A stretch of 64,000 nt of DNA from Octopus vulgaris (taxonomy: Eukaryota): the NCBI GenBank assembly GCA_951406725.2, contig OX597822.1, positions 57,102,001-57,166,000 on the forward strand. The letters are read 5' to 3'. The notes below the pieces were generated by a model. It had not been told where the DNA came from and searched no databases. It saw only the letters and a program-made list of their open reading frames with translations. Shown here in pieces: positions 1 to 15,189 of this stretch. Every line of letters starts with the position of its first letter. Within the stretch, counting starts at the first letter, position 1. Made by a program: the position numbers and the translations under genes.

Positions 1-469
1 CACACATCGTTGTAGGCAAGTTGGACATCAAGAAGTATTATAGTATTATATTTGTTTGCATATATCAGCTGTAAGATGTAATTAAATATCAGGTAGATTG
101 GCAAGTAGCATTAATCAATAATAATTGGAATAGGTAAGAGAGGGAGGTTAAGTAATATTATGCAAATGAAAAAAAAAATACAAAAAAGAAAGGTATATTT
201 TATAATAAGGGAAGATATAAGAATACATTGAGAGAAATAGGGGTGTGTGGAGATTTTGTGAAGATGTTAGACCAATATAAGTTTAGTAATGTAATTATAA
301 CAGGGTATGGTTAAATAATAAATATATCCATATAATATGATAAATTGATGTGCAGAATATTTGATGATTATTAATCATAGAAAGGGTTAATATATAGAGA
401 GATATTTTAAAAAATAGAGATATTAGAAAGAAAATGGAAACGATATTAAAATAATGTAGGGAAAATATT

Positions 470-1180
470 ATTTAAGATTAATAAGAAAAAACTCGGACAT
501 ATGCTTAGTTGTAAAAACATTTTCATGCCTAGTATTAACAAAGAGATCATTCATTCTCATTATATTATAACTTTCTTCCAAGCATAATCTACAAATTTTG
601 TTAAGATGGGTCTGATGAGAGGATTTTCGAAGATATTGAGTAATCTATATTGTTATGAGTTGCCAATTTTTTTTAGATAGATCTGCGCTATTTTCGTTTC
701 TAGAGTCATTGAAGGAAGATTTATGATTATTTATTCTTAATTTTATAGAATTTTTCGTACAACCGATGTATATATATTTATAGGAATTATGGGTAATAAT
801 AGTTGCTTGGTATACTACTTCTTTCATTTTACAATTTCCATCTACTTTATGCGTATTTGGGTCTCTACAATTACAATTTAAATTATTAGGCTGTACTATG
901 TTGTAGATGACGTTTTTATTATAGAATTTGTCCTATCTTATTGTTAACGGAAGAGAAAATCTTAGGAAGGTTTGGAGAGACTGAAAATCCAAATCTAATT
1001 TTTTTGTTATTAAAAACTTTTGCATATTTAGAGTTCTTAAAGTTTTTATTAATTATTTTTCTTGTGGATCTAATAAAATTAGATTTTTGATGCATGGCAA
1101 AAGGTATTACGATCCAAGTAGTGTTATTTTTGTTTTCTTTATCATCGCAGTGGGTTATGTTTTGGGGGTCATCTATTCTT
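470..1180 (-). mobile_element. Penelope-like retroelement remnant (C-terminal GIY-YIG endonuclease)
   Basis: Minus-strand translation CNCRDPNTHKVDGKCKMKEVVYQATI...YIYIGCTKNSIKLRINNHKSSF...DLSKKNWQL...KICRLCLEE has the VVY/YIG motifs, R-x3-H and a Cys-rich linker. It is frameshifted. Confidence 0.85.
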
Positions 1181-1659
1181 ACACATGGTATTGGCTTCTT
1201 TTTTCTATATTATTTCTATCTATATTAACATGATTTCTGTGGTTATATGTATTATTGGAAGTATTAAATGTGATGTAATAATTTTCATTCTTTATGGTTA
1301 TTGGCTTAGTGTTCTTACTTCTATCTATAATTAATTGTTTTATGTGTTTATTGTCAGTATTCTTGGGTTTTATTGCATTATCATTAGTGTAGTTAGTGAT
1401 TTGTGAATTGCTGAAGTTAGTACTATTTTTTTCTTTTAGTAAGGTATTGGTTATGGTGCTCATATTGATTAAGTTTATTAGTATGTTTATTGCTTTTGTA
1501 GGATTTATGTCTATTGCTAATGTTTTGATGACTATTATTGAGAGTTTTTGTTTGTTTGTCGGGTTGTTCATCAGTTGACTTAGGTTCATGGATATTGTCT
1601 ATGTTGTTCATATCTAGATAACATTTGGTATTGTTAGTATTGGTACTCTTGCGGGTGTG

Positions 1660-1960
1660 AGAGTTGGAGCTTCAAAGCTCAAATGGAGTGAAAAATTCAG
1701 ACACTTGAGCATAAGTGCTTCGGAAGGCTGCTACATATCCCGTACACAAAACAAACAACTTTATCAAGAGCAACAAGTCAACAGATATGCTGGTAGGCAG
1801 GAACCATTTTTCGCAGATAAAAAGACGAAAGCTTTCTTGGCATGGTTATGTATCTCACCACAGCTCCCTGTCCAAAATCATATTTCAGGGTACAGTTGAG
1901 GAGTGCAAAGTGATGCAGAGAGAAATTCTGGTTTGATAACATCAAGGAGCGGGTAGATCA
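1660..1960 (+). mobile_element. RTE-like LINE 3' fragment
   Basis: HKTNNFI...IKRRKLSWHGYVSHHSSLSKIIFQGTVE...DNIK resembles the RTE-clade C-terminus (RKLxWFGHV...KxILQGxVEG). Confidence 0.65.
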
Positions 1961-3624
1961 CAACATACCTACCCACAAACTTGTAAATAACGTTAGTAAA
2001 CTGTGGACCGTGTTTTTTCTACGCAATCTTATCTCTAAGATCCAGTTAATGCATTAAGGTATAATGTGCATCTTGCAAGGGATTATACCAACGAAAATAT
2101 TTAAACAATTTGCTCGTCGTGATAAATAGTGTAGACACACAACGGTAAAGAACTATTAGTGACGTCAAGAATTACAACTTCAATATTCAATTAAGCAGCT
2201 TAAATGAAAACCTAGATACTAGTCTAGCCAATGTTTGTAAGAAATCTTCCATACAGAATATAGAATATATGTAAGTTATTGGTTAAGAAATAGGTGAGAT
2301 GTGGTGTACGAGTGCTTCATTGTCTGAACATTGATGAGTGTTATGCAGCATATGAATGTGTATATTTTGATATCCATGGACAGATTACAAAGACAGAATG
2401 CAGATTAAAATCCGAGGATATAAAGGAAAACATATTTGAAACATAATACCTACCACCTATATGCAAACATTTCTATAAACATGCATTCGTACAAGTACAC
2501 ATACTTACAAAACTGTATAAATACATATGCATACATAAATACATACACACGAACATGAACACACTCATTCTTACTCTTTTCTGTCTACTATAAACTTACG
2601 CTTTTGTTGGTCCATTTTCTATTACACATTTTGTCGATCTATCAAACTTTCCTTGGATATCGTATCAAAATTGACTCACAAAGTCACTTTTCGTCAACAA
2701 CACATATAAAGTAGATTTCACTGCTTCTTAGAAAATACGACTATTCAAATTAGTAGCGACGACTGATAGCTTTCCAACGTCCATTTCTACATTTCCTCAA
2801 ACAGAGATCATGTCGGAAACATCTATATTCATTATCTCACTGTTTAACTTATATTTACTGCAGTGTAGCAAGCAATTACACACAATGTTACAACAAACTA
2901 ATATACTTATGTTATTTATGGTTATTGAACTTGTATACTGCTTTTAATGATTTACATATTATTAACATCAAACTTACAGTGGAAGACAGGGTGTAACCAG
3001 CTTGCACAAATGTTCACACTACAAAATATAAATGAAAAGTGAAAATAGTTTTGTATGTTTTGGGTGGCTAAAATGGTTCTTCCATCAGTCTCAATGCACA
3101 GTGCCAGATCAAGACAGTTACCAGACTGGTACAACCCTGAAATATTTACTCATTTAACACAAAATATATTTCACAAGTTCCAGAGTTGTACTAGGTTGTC
3201 TCAGGTCAAGTCACTAGATATGAGGCAGTGTTTTGAAACTGAAATAGTTACATTTTGTATGACTTCCTTAAGAATTTAAGAACATTTCTCGATTATTTCT
3301 TAATAGTAAATTCTATTATGAAATGTCGACAAAATTCCGTCGCTCTTTTATGACCTTGTCACTGAGACAGTTGTCTTATGGCGGAAATACAGTAAGTAAT
3401 AATCTGTTTCTTTGAAATATAGGTATATAGTCAAGAAAGAAGTTAATAAAAGAAGGTAAAACATTGAAATATAAGAAACATGTAATAGTTCAAAATACAT
3501 AGCTTTTAAAAGTTCATTTCTGTATAGAGCATTATATACCATAGAGTAGTTAGGAAGTGGATAAAGGGTCGATTCACCCCAGGAAGCATTTGGGTCTGCT
3601 CTATCAGCCTGTATAAGTGACTGA

Positions 3625-3850
3625 GGGAGGTGGCAGCAAACTCGATTGCTGCCCCGGGCAGCACATGCTTTAACTACACCACTGTGTATCGAATATTTTT
3701 AGTAAATTTCTTGACTGAGATACGTGTGAGTTCTTCTTGGCATAGTACACTAATTTGATCAACAAAATTCTTTATGTCTAATAGATCCCTCAACTCTACT
3801 AAGAGCCACATACAACTGACCATTGAGTGAACAGGTTAATGAGGTGAGAA
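3625..3850 (-). mobile_element. Helitron 3' fragment (PIF1-type helicase C-terminus plus GC hairpin)
   Basis: Minus strand NGQLYVALSRV matches the HGQLYVALSRV motif. FTKNIRYTV follows and matches the TKNIVY end motif. A GC-rich hairpin gctgccc-c-gggcagc lies near 3648-3662. Confidence 0.7.
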
Positions 3851-4504
3851 ATCGAAGTAAAAATATGAGTGACAAACAGACAAACACACACACAAACAGA
3901 CACAGAGATACACAGACACAGACTGACTGATAGGTAAGCAGGTAGTTCAAGAGAGAGAGATAGTGAGAGAGAGAGAAAGATAAGTAAGTAGGTAAACAAG
4001 TAGATAAATGGCATTTATTTTTGTGGAGAAAGTAGCGTAATAAAATCTAAGAAAGAATGAATATCTTTTCCTAAGCTGTCCTTGGAGAAATTTGGGGAAC
4101 GGAAACTCATAATTTTCTTTCTATTTTGTATGAGCGAGTATATATGTGTGTGTGCATGTGTGTGCGTGAGTGTGTATTTGTGTGTGTCTATGTGTTTCTC
4201 CGTCTGTGTATCTACGTACATATATATATACACACATACAAAGCGTGGGAGATGTGAAGTGTATGGAAGAGGTCAAGTGAAAAAACGTTACCGCTGTTTT
4301 GAGAACGTGGTATTTGTGTGTGTGTTTGTGCGTGTGCATGTGTGTGTGTGTGCGGATGTATGAGGGAGGGAGAAAGAGAGTGTATGTGAATCAGTGGGTA
4401 TGTGTGTATACATACTCACATACAACGATACATACATACATGCATACATACATACATACATACATACATACATACATACATACATACATACATACATACA
4501 TTAT

Positions 4505-4657
4505 AGGCGCAGGAGTGGTTGAGTGGTAAGAAGCTTGCTTCCAAAACACATGGTTCTGGGTTCAGTCCCACTGCGTGGCACCTTGAGCAAGTGTCTTCTA
4601 CTGTTGTGAGTGGATTTGGTAGAAGGAAACTGAAAGAAGCCTGTTGTATATATATAC

Positions 4658-4703
<46 letters not shown>

Positions 4704-4918
4704 ATTTGTGTGTTTGTTTGTCCCCACCACCATCACTTGACAACCGATGTTTATGTTTACCTCCTTGTAACTTTGTGGTTCGAGAATAGAGACCGATACC
4801 GATAGAATAAGTACTAGGCTTACAAAGAATAAGTCCTGTGGTCGATTTGTTCGACTAAAGGCGGTGCCCCAGCATGGCCGCAATCAAATTACTGAAACAA
4901 GTAAAAGAATAAAAGAAT
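4505..4918 (+). mobile_element. tRNA-derived SINE, family A
   Basis: A-box-like gagtggtaag, B-box-like gggttcagtccc, internal (TG)n and tail ...actgaaacaagtaaaagaataaaag. About ten copies in the window. Confidence 0.85.
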
Positions 4919-4982
4919 ACATACATACGTGCGTACTTGCATGCATACATACATACATGCATGCATGCATGCATACAATACA

Positions 4983-6340
4983 CACATTGTACTCATTAAG
5001 AAATGAGTACGGTATATGCATGCTCAAAAATGAGAGCAGTATCTTCAGAGTTGGTGAAGAACTACTGTGCAGGTCCTCTAAGAATGCAACTGTCTCATAT
5101 GACCTAAAGGCGGCTGGACTGGACTGACTAAACAGAAGCTTAGAGGACAAACAGGTATCATACCAGCAGAAAAGCAATGCATAGGTACATACCCCGTAAG
5201 CTAGAGGGCAACAACAGTATTGCTCGGAAGAGTTGCTTTTCCTGGACCTGGAATAGATACATTACATCCCACCTAAAAGGATATGCCTTTGCAACCCAGA
5301 AACAGATGGTAGTTACTAAATACCTGATAAAGAAGAGGGACAAATGTACCACCAAACCTCTACGTTATGATAAAAAAAAATGCTGGCTCTGCTATACCAG
5401 TGTGGAAGATATCACCCACATCATCAGCAGCTGCCCCAGTGGTTAGGGCAGCGGACTCGCGGTCGGAAGATCGCGGTTTCGATTCCCAGACTGGGCGTTG
5501 TGTGTGTTTATTGAACGAAAACACCTAAAGCTCCACGAGGCTCCGACAGGGAGTGGTGGCAACCCCTGCTGTACTCTTTCGCCCCAACTTTCTCTCACTC
5601 TTTCTTCCTGTTTCTTGTCCCCGACTTCCTACGCAGCCGCTGAACCTGGATGCGCATTCATCTATCCGTCGATGCTCTCGGTGTCGGGGATTGACCTGCT
5701 TTCTCTTGTGTGTCTCTTACGAATAGCAAAGGACCACGTTTCGGACTTCTCCCATCTTGCGAGCTCTGAGACGAAGACCGCTTCGCTCAACAAGCAAACA
5801 AGCAGCTGCCCCAAAATGTTTACGAGATATTACCTGCTACTAAGGCATGATACAGTTGCAAAGACTATTTACAATGCTATCCGAAAGAAGGACTGCTCTG
5901 AAGTATTCATCAAAGGCGTATCAGAATCTGCAGGTATTCACACCTTTAAAACAAGGAATACTAATGGAACACCGCAATTCGGTGCAAACATAGCCGACCT
6001 GATGTTGTTCTGTAGGACAGGGAACAAAAGTCATCACTTTTGTAGGGGTCAGCTGCCCAGCGGATGCGAATGTACAATCAAAAGTCCATGAAAAAGAGAA
6101 GATTTATGGCGACTTAATGCGGATCTTACAGCTCTTGTAACCCCATTATGAATTATCATTTGTACCTATCATCATAGATGCGTTAGATCATGTACCAACA
6201 AATTTGCATGAAAACCTAAATCTACTCAGTTTCACGGAGAACGAGCAAAAGAAACTTATACGGACTCTCCAAATCCAATTTATTAGTGGCAGAATGAAGA
6301 TTTGTAACACTCCGAAAATTCTCTATCTGAGATTTTTACG
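4983..6340 (+). mobile_element. 5'-truncated RLE-type (R4/Dong-like) non-LTR retrotransposon, interrupted by a SINE
   Basis: ITSHLKGYAFATQKQ, CCHC knuckle CWLCYTSVEDITHIISSC, RHDTVAK, frameshifted RPDVVL nuclease motif, and EKEKIYGDL...FVPIIIDAL. Confidence 0.85.
5435..5800 (+). mobile_element. tRNA-derived SINE, family C (OR-like), with 13-bp TSD
   Basis: tRNA-like head cagtggttagggcagcggactcgcggtcggaagatcgcggtttcgattccc. TSD agcagctgcccca at 5426-5438 and 5801-5813. Homologous to 53989-54376. Confidence 0.9.
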
Positions 6341-6439
6341 TGAATAGATGTTCACGGTATACCTCGACAGTTCAACCAACACACCAACTCAACACCGAGA
6401 ACTTTCTTAACTCAAAAACTCTTCTCGCTTTGTTAACTC

Positions 6440-7660
6440 TCAAGAACTTAAATAAAACTCAAGGAAAAATCATACATACATATAAAACAGAATATGGTCA
6501 TCAGAACTCTCGCTTACAACAAGCAAATTTCCCTCAACACCTTTGCAGTGCTTGTCATCACACCTACGTTTGGACTTCTGAACTGGTCACTAATGAGATA
6601 GATGTTCGAACTCGCAAGCTGTTCAGTGTTTGAATATTTATGCTTTAATATTAATGGCGATGTGGACAGGCTATACTTCCCATGTAAGGATGGTGATTGT
6701 GGTCTCAAATCAGTGTTGATATCGTAAGAAGCACTTATTCTGACACTGAAACAACATCTGTAGCAGAGGAAATAGAGCGGTAACTACCTTGCCCAAGTTT
6801 GTGATCATGAAAGGAATTACATAATTAGGATACCTAATGAACTTGAAGAGAGGTATGAACTTGAGATACAGATCTCTCCTAAAGGAGCATTTGTAGAATC
6901 TATTTATCAGAACAAAATCTTGAAAAATGAACCAGTTCACTGAGAAGATAGTACTTAGGTACTTGGCACGAAAAGCTCAAACCATAGAAGGGATTAATTA
7001 TGTCAAAAGCTTAGCATAGAGTTACCAACAAGTTTATGACATTCCACTTTTAAGGTTACCTCTATGCAATTCAAGAACAAGAGATCCCCACACATACCTA
7101 CAGCATAAAAGGCAGAAAACGCCTATACACAACAAATGTAGGCTGTGCAAGATCAGGACCGAAAACATCAGCCACATTATTAACAACAGCGAGAGAATGC
7201 ATGATGCAGTGGCCAGAACGGTCTGGAACAGGATAACAAAAAAGAAAACACTTTCAGACGAAATTAATTATATTGAGACCGATGGATCAAAAGAATATTG
7301 GTGGAACTTAAAAAATTAAACCAGCCACCAAGTAAAACACAATCGGACAGATATTATTGAGTGGGACCACAAGGAAAAAATATGTTCTGTTGTGGAAATC
7401 AGCTTCCCACTGGACGCCAATATGGTTATAAAACTACAAGAGAAAGAGGGCTTCTATGGATCATTGATAAGGTGTTTGCAAATCCATTGCCCAAGATACA
7501 TTTTCAGCTGCATACCTATTACTATTGGAGCAACAGGATACATACTAACCCGTGTCAAGCAAAGTATGGCTGAATTAGGGTTCTTGGGGGAAAAAGCTGA
7601 TCCTTAATTCATACGCTACAAATGTCTGCAAGACCTTATGATTCAAAAGATGAACAAAAC
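6440..7660 (+). mobile_element. Second RLE-type (R4/Dong-like) non-LTR remnant
   Basis: NEIDVRTRKL, GDVDRLYFPCKDGDCGLKS, YAIQEQEIPT, KCRLCK..ENISHII, HDAVAR, EYWWN, VVEISFPLDANM..K..EK, IPITIGATG. Multiple frameshifts. Confidence 0.85.
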
Positions 7661-8935
7661 AAGGTGCTTTCCTTCACAATCTTACTACCAAGTAGGTAGG
7701 TGACGGTCAAAATTTATTGTAAATTAAAAATAGTAGGAGAGAACCTGTAGGCAGAAAGACAAGGCTAGAGAGGATTGGAGACCCATAGTGGAAGAGAGAC
7801 AGGCATGAGAAAAATTATTATAGTGACCAGAGAACCCGAGCAGTCAGCAATGACGGAGACGTTATTGAAGTATGTGCATGAAGGAAGTTGCTAATGAGAG
7901 TATGAGGATTTAAATAAAAATACCAAGATAACAGGAATATAACTAAATTATATTTATCACTCTCCAAATATTATGCAGATTTGATTATTTTTAATACGTA
8001 CAATATGATGTAGTCAATTGTTCACTTGTTATTCTACATTATGCTATTTTCTACAATAAATGATCAACCTATTTTCACAAATGTTGTACATGTATCAAAG
8101 CTACTCTAATATATGCTTTTTTACACTTGGGAACATGTTCTTAGAAGCAGGCTACATATAGTTTCAAAAGATATTCAAGGAACAGCAGGTTTAGTTTACG
8201 CTAAAGTTGTGCATTTACGATATATTTGACAGTCCGTGCAAAAGCTAAAAATGTACATGATAAAATTTATTATTCATTATTATTCATATTCACTGCAAAA
8301 GCTCCTGAATGACATTCTTAAATTTCAACCTGTAATTTCAAATGATTTGTTTTTTTGTTTTGCTTAATCACAACGTGTAACATCTATATTATGAGGAATT
8401 ACCTAGAGTTAAGTATTGGAGCACGAGACAGCAAGTCACTGCACTGGTCAGTTATTTGATGGAGTTTATCACTTTCATATGTATTCTCATCGTGGTTTTT
8501 TTTTTTAATAGTTTGTCAAGCTCGGGTAACACTAATGATGAAGAAATCTCTTACAAATGTTGCGATGCACAGCGATTTGTCAGAATTTATGAATATTGAA
8601 ACATTAGTTAAGCACTGTGAGACAAAGAAGACAGCAGAATGAACTTGCTAATAAAAAAAATAAACAACAACTAACTAGGGACACCGTTATAGCAAGAAAA
8701 TAGAGACAATATTGGATAATTTAGAAGCTTTTGACTGTTACTTTGGACTGTGGAGCTTTATGAGACAAAGTAGACACTAAAATAAACTTTCAAATACAAA
8801 AAGTAAACAGAACAACTCCAGTTCGTGTCTAATGATTTTGAAAGTAAATTTTATAAAGTGAATCAAATTCAGTAGCTTCAAACGTTTAAGTATTACTCAC
8901 AAAAAGTATATTTATATATACAACAGCACGTAACG

Positions 8936-8979
<44 letters not shown>

Positions 8980-9416
8980 ATTAGGCAATAAAAATATATA
9001 ATTACTTGACAATAAGTAATTCAGAAACGCCATCATTGTGAAAAGAAAATAGTTAAGTTAATGCTAACATATTTAATACAGAGAGCTTTAAAAAGTTGAT
9101 TATAATAGTGGGAAAGCGATATTAATCAATGGTGAATATTTTAGGTAAGTACAGGAAAAAATTAGAATATATTTCTGTCTTATAATGACATCATCCTCGA
9201 AGCCTTCAATGTTCTTAATGAAGTATTGATTAGAGAATCACTAAGTCAATTGGCTGACGAAGAAAAATAGAATGGAGTAAAGAAGAAATAATTCAAAATG
9301 TCGTCTGTATCACAAATGGTAATTAAGTTAATGTTAACGAAGTGAATGCGAGGAGAATTAAATGGTTAAATACAATGAATTATACGATGAGGGGAAAATA
9401 TTGGTCAATTACTAAC

Positions 9417-9419
<3 letters not shown>

Positions 9420-9485
<66 letters not shown>

Positions 9486-9781
9486 ATGAGCTGCAAAACG
9501 AGTTACTGTTTCCAGGCGAATATCGCAATACTGCTTACCCACGCTAAGTAAGTTGTACAGAATGCTATTTGGTACTTTTCCTAGCGCTAATAACACACAT
9601 ATGTAATATGTATGTATGTATGTAATTATGTATGTATGTATGTAATTATGTATGTATCTATGTATGCATGTATGTATGTATAAATGTATGCTTGCATGCA
9701 TGCATGTATGTATGTATGTATGTATGTATGTATGTATGTATGTATGTATGTATGTATGTATGTATGTATGTATGTATGTAT
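9420..9781. repeat. (TG)n and (TATG)n microsatellites
   Basis: Seen directly. Confidence 0.95.
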
Positions 9782-10439
9782 AATAGATCAGAATTCAAGT
9801 GAATCAGGCACTTAAATGGTGTGACAACGGGTCGGGTCGAAAAGTTAAATGTGTACACAACAAAAATAGAGGAACGTATATGCAGGCAGAAAAATATTTA
9901 GATTATATATACGATTAACTGTACCCAGCTGAGTATATGAATAGCACCGAGGCTAACCAAGAAACACACATTGTACTAAATGTACGGTCCATAATATACT
10001 TCGGATCTATGCAAGGAACAGGTTCTGAGGGAGGTGAATAATAACGAATAAATAACAATAGATGGATAATGTGTTAATTTTAGCCCTAAAACCGCTTTTT
10101 CAATAGAATTAAAAGATTTAAAAAAAAACTAACTCTATCTTAGTTGTAGGGGCTAGATTCTTCGCTGACTCCTCCCTACCTCATCCTCTAACCTCCTTCA
10201 TCGCTATTTACGTTACCAGACATGATTTCGCGTTTTCTCCTATGATACTACCAAAGTGAATTATCAAATTCATTCTATGACCAGTGAGGGACATAGAATC
10301 ATGAAGATGCACATCCCGCTGGCTTTCAAATGCTTCTGAACGGTTCATTCTAATGATGAAATCTCTCCATTAATCAATCAAAAATTCGTTGGAAACAGCT
10401 GTAGTGAATTGACACATTATCCATTTGTTGTTATGTATG

Positions 10440-10473
<34 letters not shown>

Positions 10474-11479
10474 TGTATGTATGTATGTATGTATGTATGT
10501 ATGTATGTATGTATGTATGTATGTATGTATTATGTACTGTGTGTGTATGTAAATGGATGGAGGGAGGGATGTATGCATGTATGTATATATTGCCTGTATA
10601 GGAAACAAATTTGTACATATTTCGAACTTATTGTGAGCACATCAGGAAAACATAGAATTACTTCATGGTAGTTGATTAGGTAATAGTGAGATGAAAAATA
10701 TAAAATTATATTGGTTGATGTTAGTATTGCGTTTTATTGTTCTTATTATTGTACCTTAATTCCTTTATAAGCCGTCATGCCGTAGATCACGAACCTGCTT
10801 TTTGGGAAAAAAAGCAATACGAAAAAAACAATTGCTTTTTTTAACTATTCTTTCTCTAGCAAGATAACCAAAGCTGCTACCATGTATGCAATGGTATTAT
10901 TTAAAGTTGATGCTTTTACTTTGTTTTTTGAGGGAGAGGGTTTTTTTTTTTATTTTTGCTTTTTTTTTGTTTGATTGTTTTTACTTAAGTAACCTATATA
11001 TTCCAGGTTCAGTAACTAACTATAGTCAGTATTATTACTCTTTTGATATTAATGTTAGCGAAGTGGATTTTCAAAATAGATTTATACGTGTTATCTTTTA
11101 TCTGTTACTTGTTTCAGTCTTTTCACTGTGGCATGCTGGTGCACCGCCTTGAAGGGTTTTAGTAGAACGAATTGACCTGTAATTAGTTTTTAAAGCCACG
11201 TACTTATTGTATCTTTTGATAAGCTCAAACGCACTCACATACATTCATACATATGGATATATATATATATATATATATATAATGTACATTATATTTATAT
11301 ATATGTATATAGTATATATATATTTCGTTTTTGTATTTGGTTTGCAACATTCTTTATGCGAATTCGTGTGTTGAAACATATTTTGTTGTCTGGGAAGTTT
11401 CATTCTCTTTTAATACCTTATCAATTAAGACACTCACTGGTTCAACTTCCACTTATTTATTGTTATTTATTTATTTAAG

Positions 11480-11732
<253 letters not shown>

Positions 11733-12081
11733 TGGTAATACGGACAGACAAGCACACATACATACACAAAAGGAGACGGAAACGTAACCATACACACACA
11801 CACACACATTCATAACAGACGCATGTACATAGTCACACAAACCCCTAAACATAGACACACTCAAGCACGCACACACAAGGAGACCGAGGTACAAACACAA
11901 GAGCGCGCGCGCACACACACACTCACGCATACAAACAGACAAACATGCACACATACATGCACATACAAACACATGAATATGCAGAATACATACATATATA
12001 TACATACACATACACGCTTACATACATGCGTACATACATACAGACAGACATACAGACAGACAGCCATACATACATACAGAT

Positions 12082-12112
<31 letters not shown>

Positions 12113-12331
12113 TATGCATACATATGTGTATACACATGCATGTGGATGCGCATTCATGCGCACAAACAAACAAGCAAAAAGAAAGCACCTCCAGAAACGG
12201 ACAGAGTTAACACCTATCGAAGAGGTTGCAAGAAGCAACGAAAGTTTTAGAAAAAGAAATAATCATAATAGTAAATGAGTGGAAATTGAACCGATAAGGC
12301 ATTAAAACAGAATGACTCACCTCGGACACAG

Positions 12332-12390
<59 letters not shown>

Positions 12391-12599
12391 AGAATAGTAG
12401 TACAACAATGCACCAATATTTACTGGAAATCGTAGTCGACAATATACGTGGTCCTGGCCGGACTGTTAGCATAGTAACGAAGTTAAAGCATGCAGAGTAT
12501 ACCGCTTGATACAGATTGACTTTGAATGCTGCTGTGCATGCGCATTAACTTTCTAGCTCACTCCCGCTGTTTACAGCAGTGCTTGGAAGGAACGTATGT

Positions 12600-13060
12600 A
12601 ACGTGTGATCGTTGCATTGATCATGACAGAGGAAGCTGAGCAGAGAATCTGCATCAAATTTTGCCAAAAGCTTGGTGATACTTGCTCAGAGGCCTACGCA
12701 AAGTTTTCAGAAAGTTTTCAGCGTTCTCGACACAGTCAACTGGGACCCGAGTGTTTTATTGGTCAGTTGAAAGCAGTTTTGGCATAAACTTGGCAGACAT
12801 GCGTCTCATACCCAAATCTTCAGTGATAATGAACTGAACTGAACCGTCACTAATCTGCACATCTGATAACTTACGAGTAGTGATTTTACGATTTCCCCTC
12901 ACAGCTGCACGCACATCTGTAATGTTTTTCTCAGTTCTGCTGGTTGCAGGTCTCTTAGGACGCTCGCCACTATCAGCATTTTTCGGCCATCTTGGAAACA
13001 TCTGAACCACTCGTACAATTATGTGCGGCTCATACACTCCTCTCCATACACATCCTGCAA
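12600..13060. pseudogene. Mariner transposase N-terminal relic with internal inversion
   Basis: Plus strand MTEEAEQRICIKFCQKLGDTCSEAYAK (12623-12702). The continuation LQDVYGEECMSRT*LYEWFRCFQDGRK...GMRRMSAKFMPKLLS is on the minus strand, 13060 to 12703. Confidence 0.85.
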
Positions 13061-13186
13061 CGTTGTATGTATGTATGCATGCATGTATGTATGTATGTAT
13101 GTATGTATGTATGTATGTATGTATGTATGTATGCATGCATGTATGTATGTATGCATGCATGTATGTATGTATGTATGTATATACAT

Positions 13187-13870
13187 ATCAAATCAAGACG
13201 ACATGAAGAATGGAGAAATATGGATCTTCAAAACTTGTTTATTACAGTATCATTCTCATTAAATTCTTTACACTAGATTCCAATGCATCACATGTTTCTG
13301 CAACATAAGTGACATAATGTCTTTTGATGTAGAATTCATGTGCATTTAGTTGCTTCAGTCTTGCTACAAATTCATCCAGATTAAACATTGCTATGCAACT
13401 TTGTTCAAGGTTTTAACCATTCGAGTGAGTGAAGCGAAATTCAATGTTAGGTAATCCTTTTTAAAGAATATTCTAGAAGAGGAATCATAAAGTCTTAGCA
13501 TATATGATAGTAGAGATCGCTTTGAAATACGATATGGCTATAGTTTTGGCATCATTTACACTTTGAATTACCTCATAGAATTTAAGGGAATAGCTTTTTT
13601 TTATATAATAGTACTAAAGTAAACCTTAATTAGATCAGAATGCATTCACCAAACGACTTTTAATGAAGATAGAATGATATCATATAAGATAAATGGATTG
13701 ATTAATCGGAATCAAGAGAAAGAAGAAATAAAGTGGGAATAAAAAAATAAAGAGGAATGATGTTTATTTCGAGATTGTTAAATTCGAACTACAGTAAATC
13801 TGCTGTTGTTAGACTAGGTTAATTAATGTACACTTGAAATCCAACCAAAAATCCTTATTTGGAAAATATG
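13187..13870. repeat. Copy 1 of a diverged duplicated segment (paralog of 25605-26250)
   Basis: Shares colinear blocks such as tcttcaaaacttgtttattacagtat and catttagttgcttcagt with 25605-26250. Confidence 0.8.
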
Positions 13871-14284
13871 CATGTATTTCAGAACTAATAGTTTCGGTGA
13901 TGTAATAACATGTAAGTAGAAGTAAAATATGAAATATTTCTTCCGTGAATAAAATGAGAGGTGAATTTCATCACATTTACACAAAACTTTTCGACCAGGC
14001 ATCATTCTTTTTTCTTTTCTTTTTTTTCGTTTTCCTTTTTTCTTTCTTTTTCTGTTTACCAGTTACAAACTTGAAAACTAATAATGTTGTTGTATCGAAA
14101 TAGGAACGCATGACTTCCTCGTTTACATTTTGAATTCCTGCAGTTGTTTTCATTTTACATTTTGAACTTGAAGAAAACTGACGATCTGTCGAAATATCAT
14201 TCAAACCGTTAAATAAACAATTTATTACAAATCGCATCGCACTTTTCTTATTGTCTATTTATCTTCATGAAGAGTTACATCAAT

Positions 14285-15142
<858 letters not shown>

Positions 15143-15146
15143 CATT

Positions 15147-15189
<43 letters not shown>

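Noticed and set aside
612-630. ctgatgagaggattttcgaag as a hammerhead
   Set aside because: No GAAA or stems I and III, and it is antisense to the Penelope coding region.
5435-5500. tRNA gene (also 54305-54376)
   Set aside because: The tRNA-like head is followed by a SINE body, tail and TSD.
5498-6091. 197-aa ORF as a gene
   Set aside because: It is a chance read-through of SINE C into retrotransposon coding sequence.
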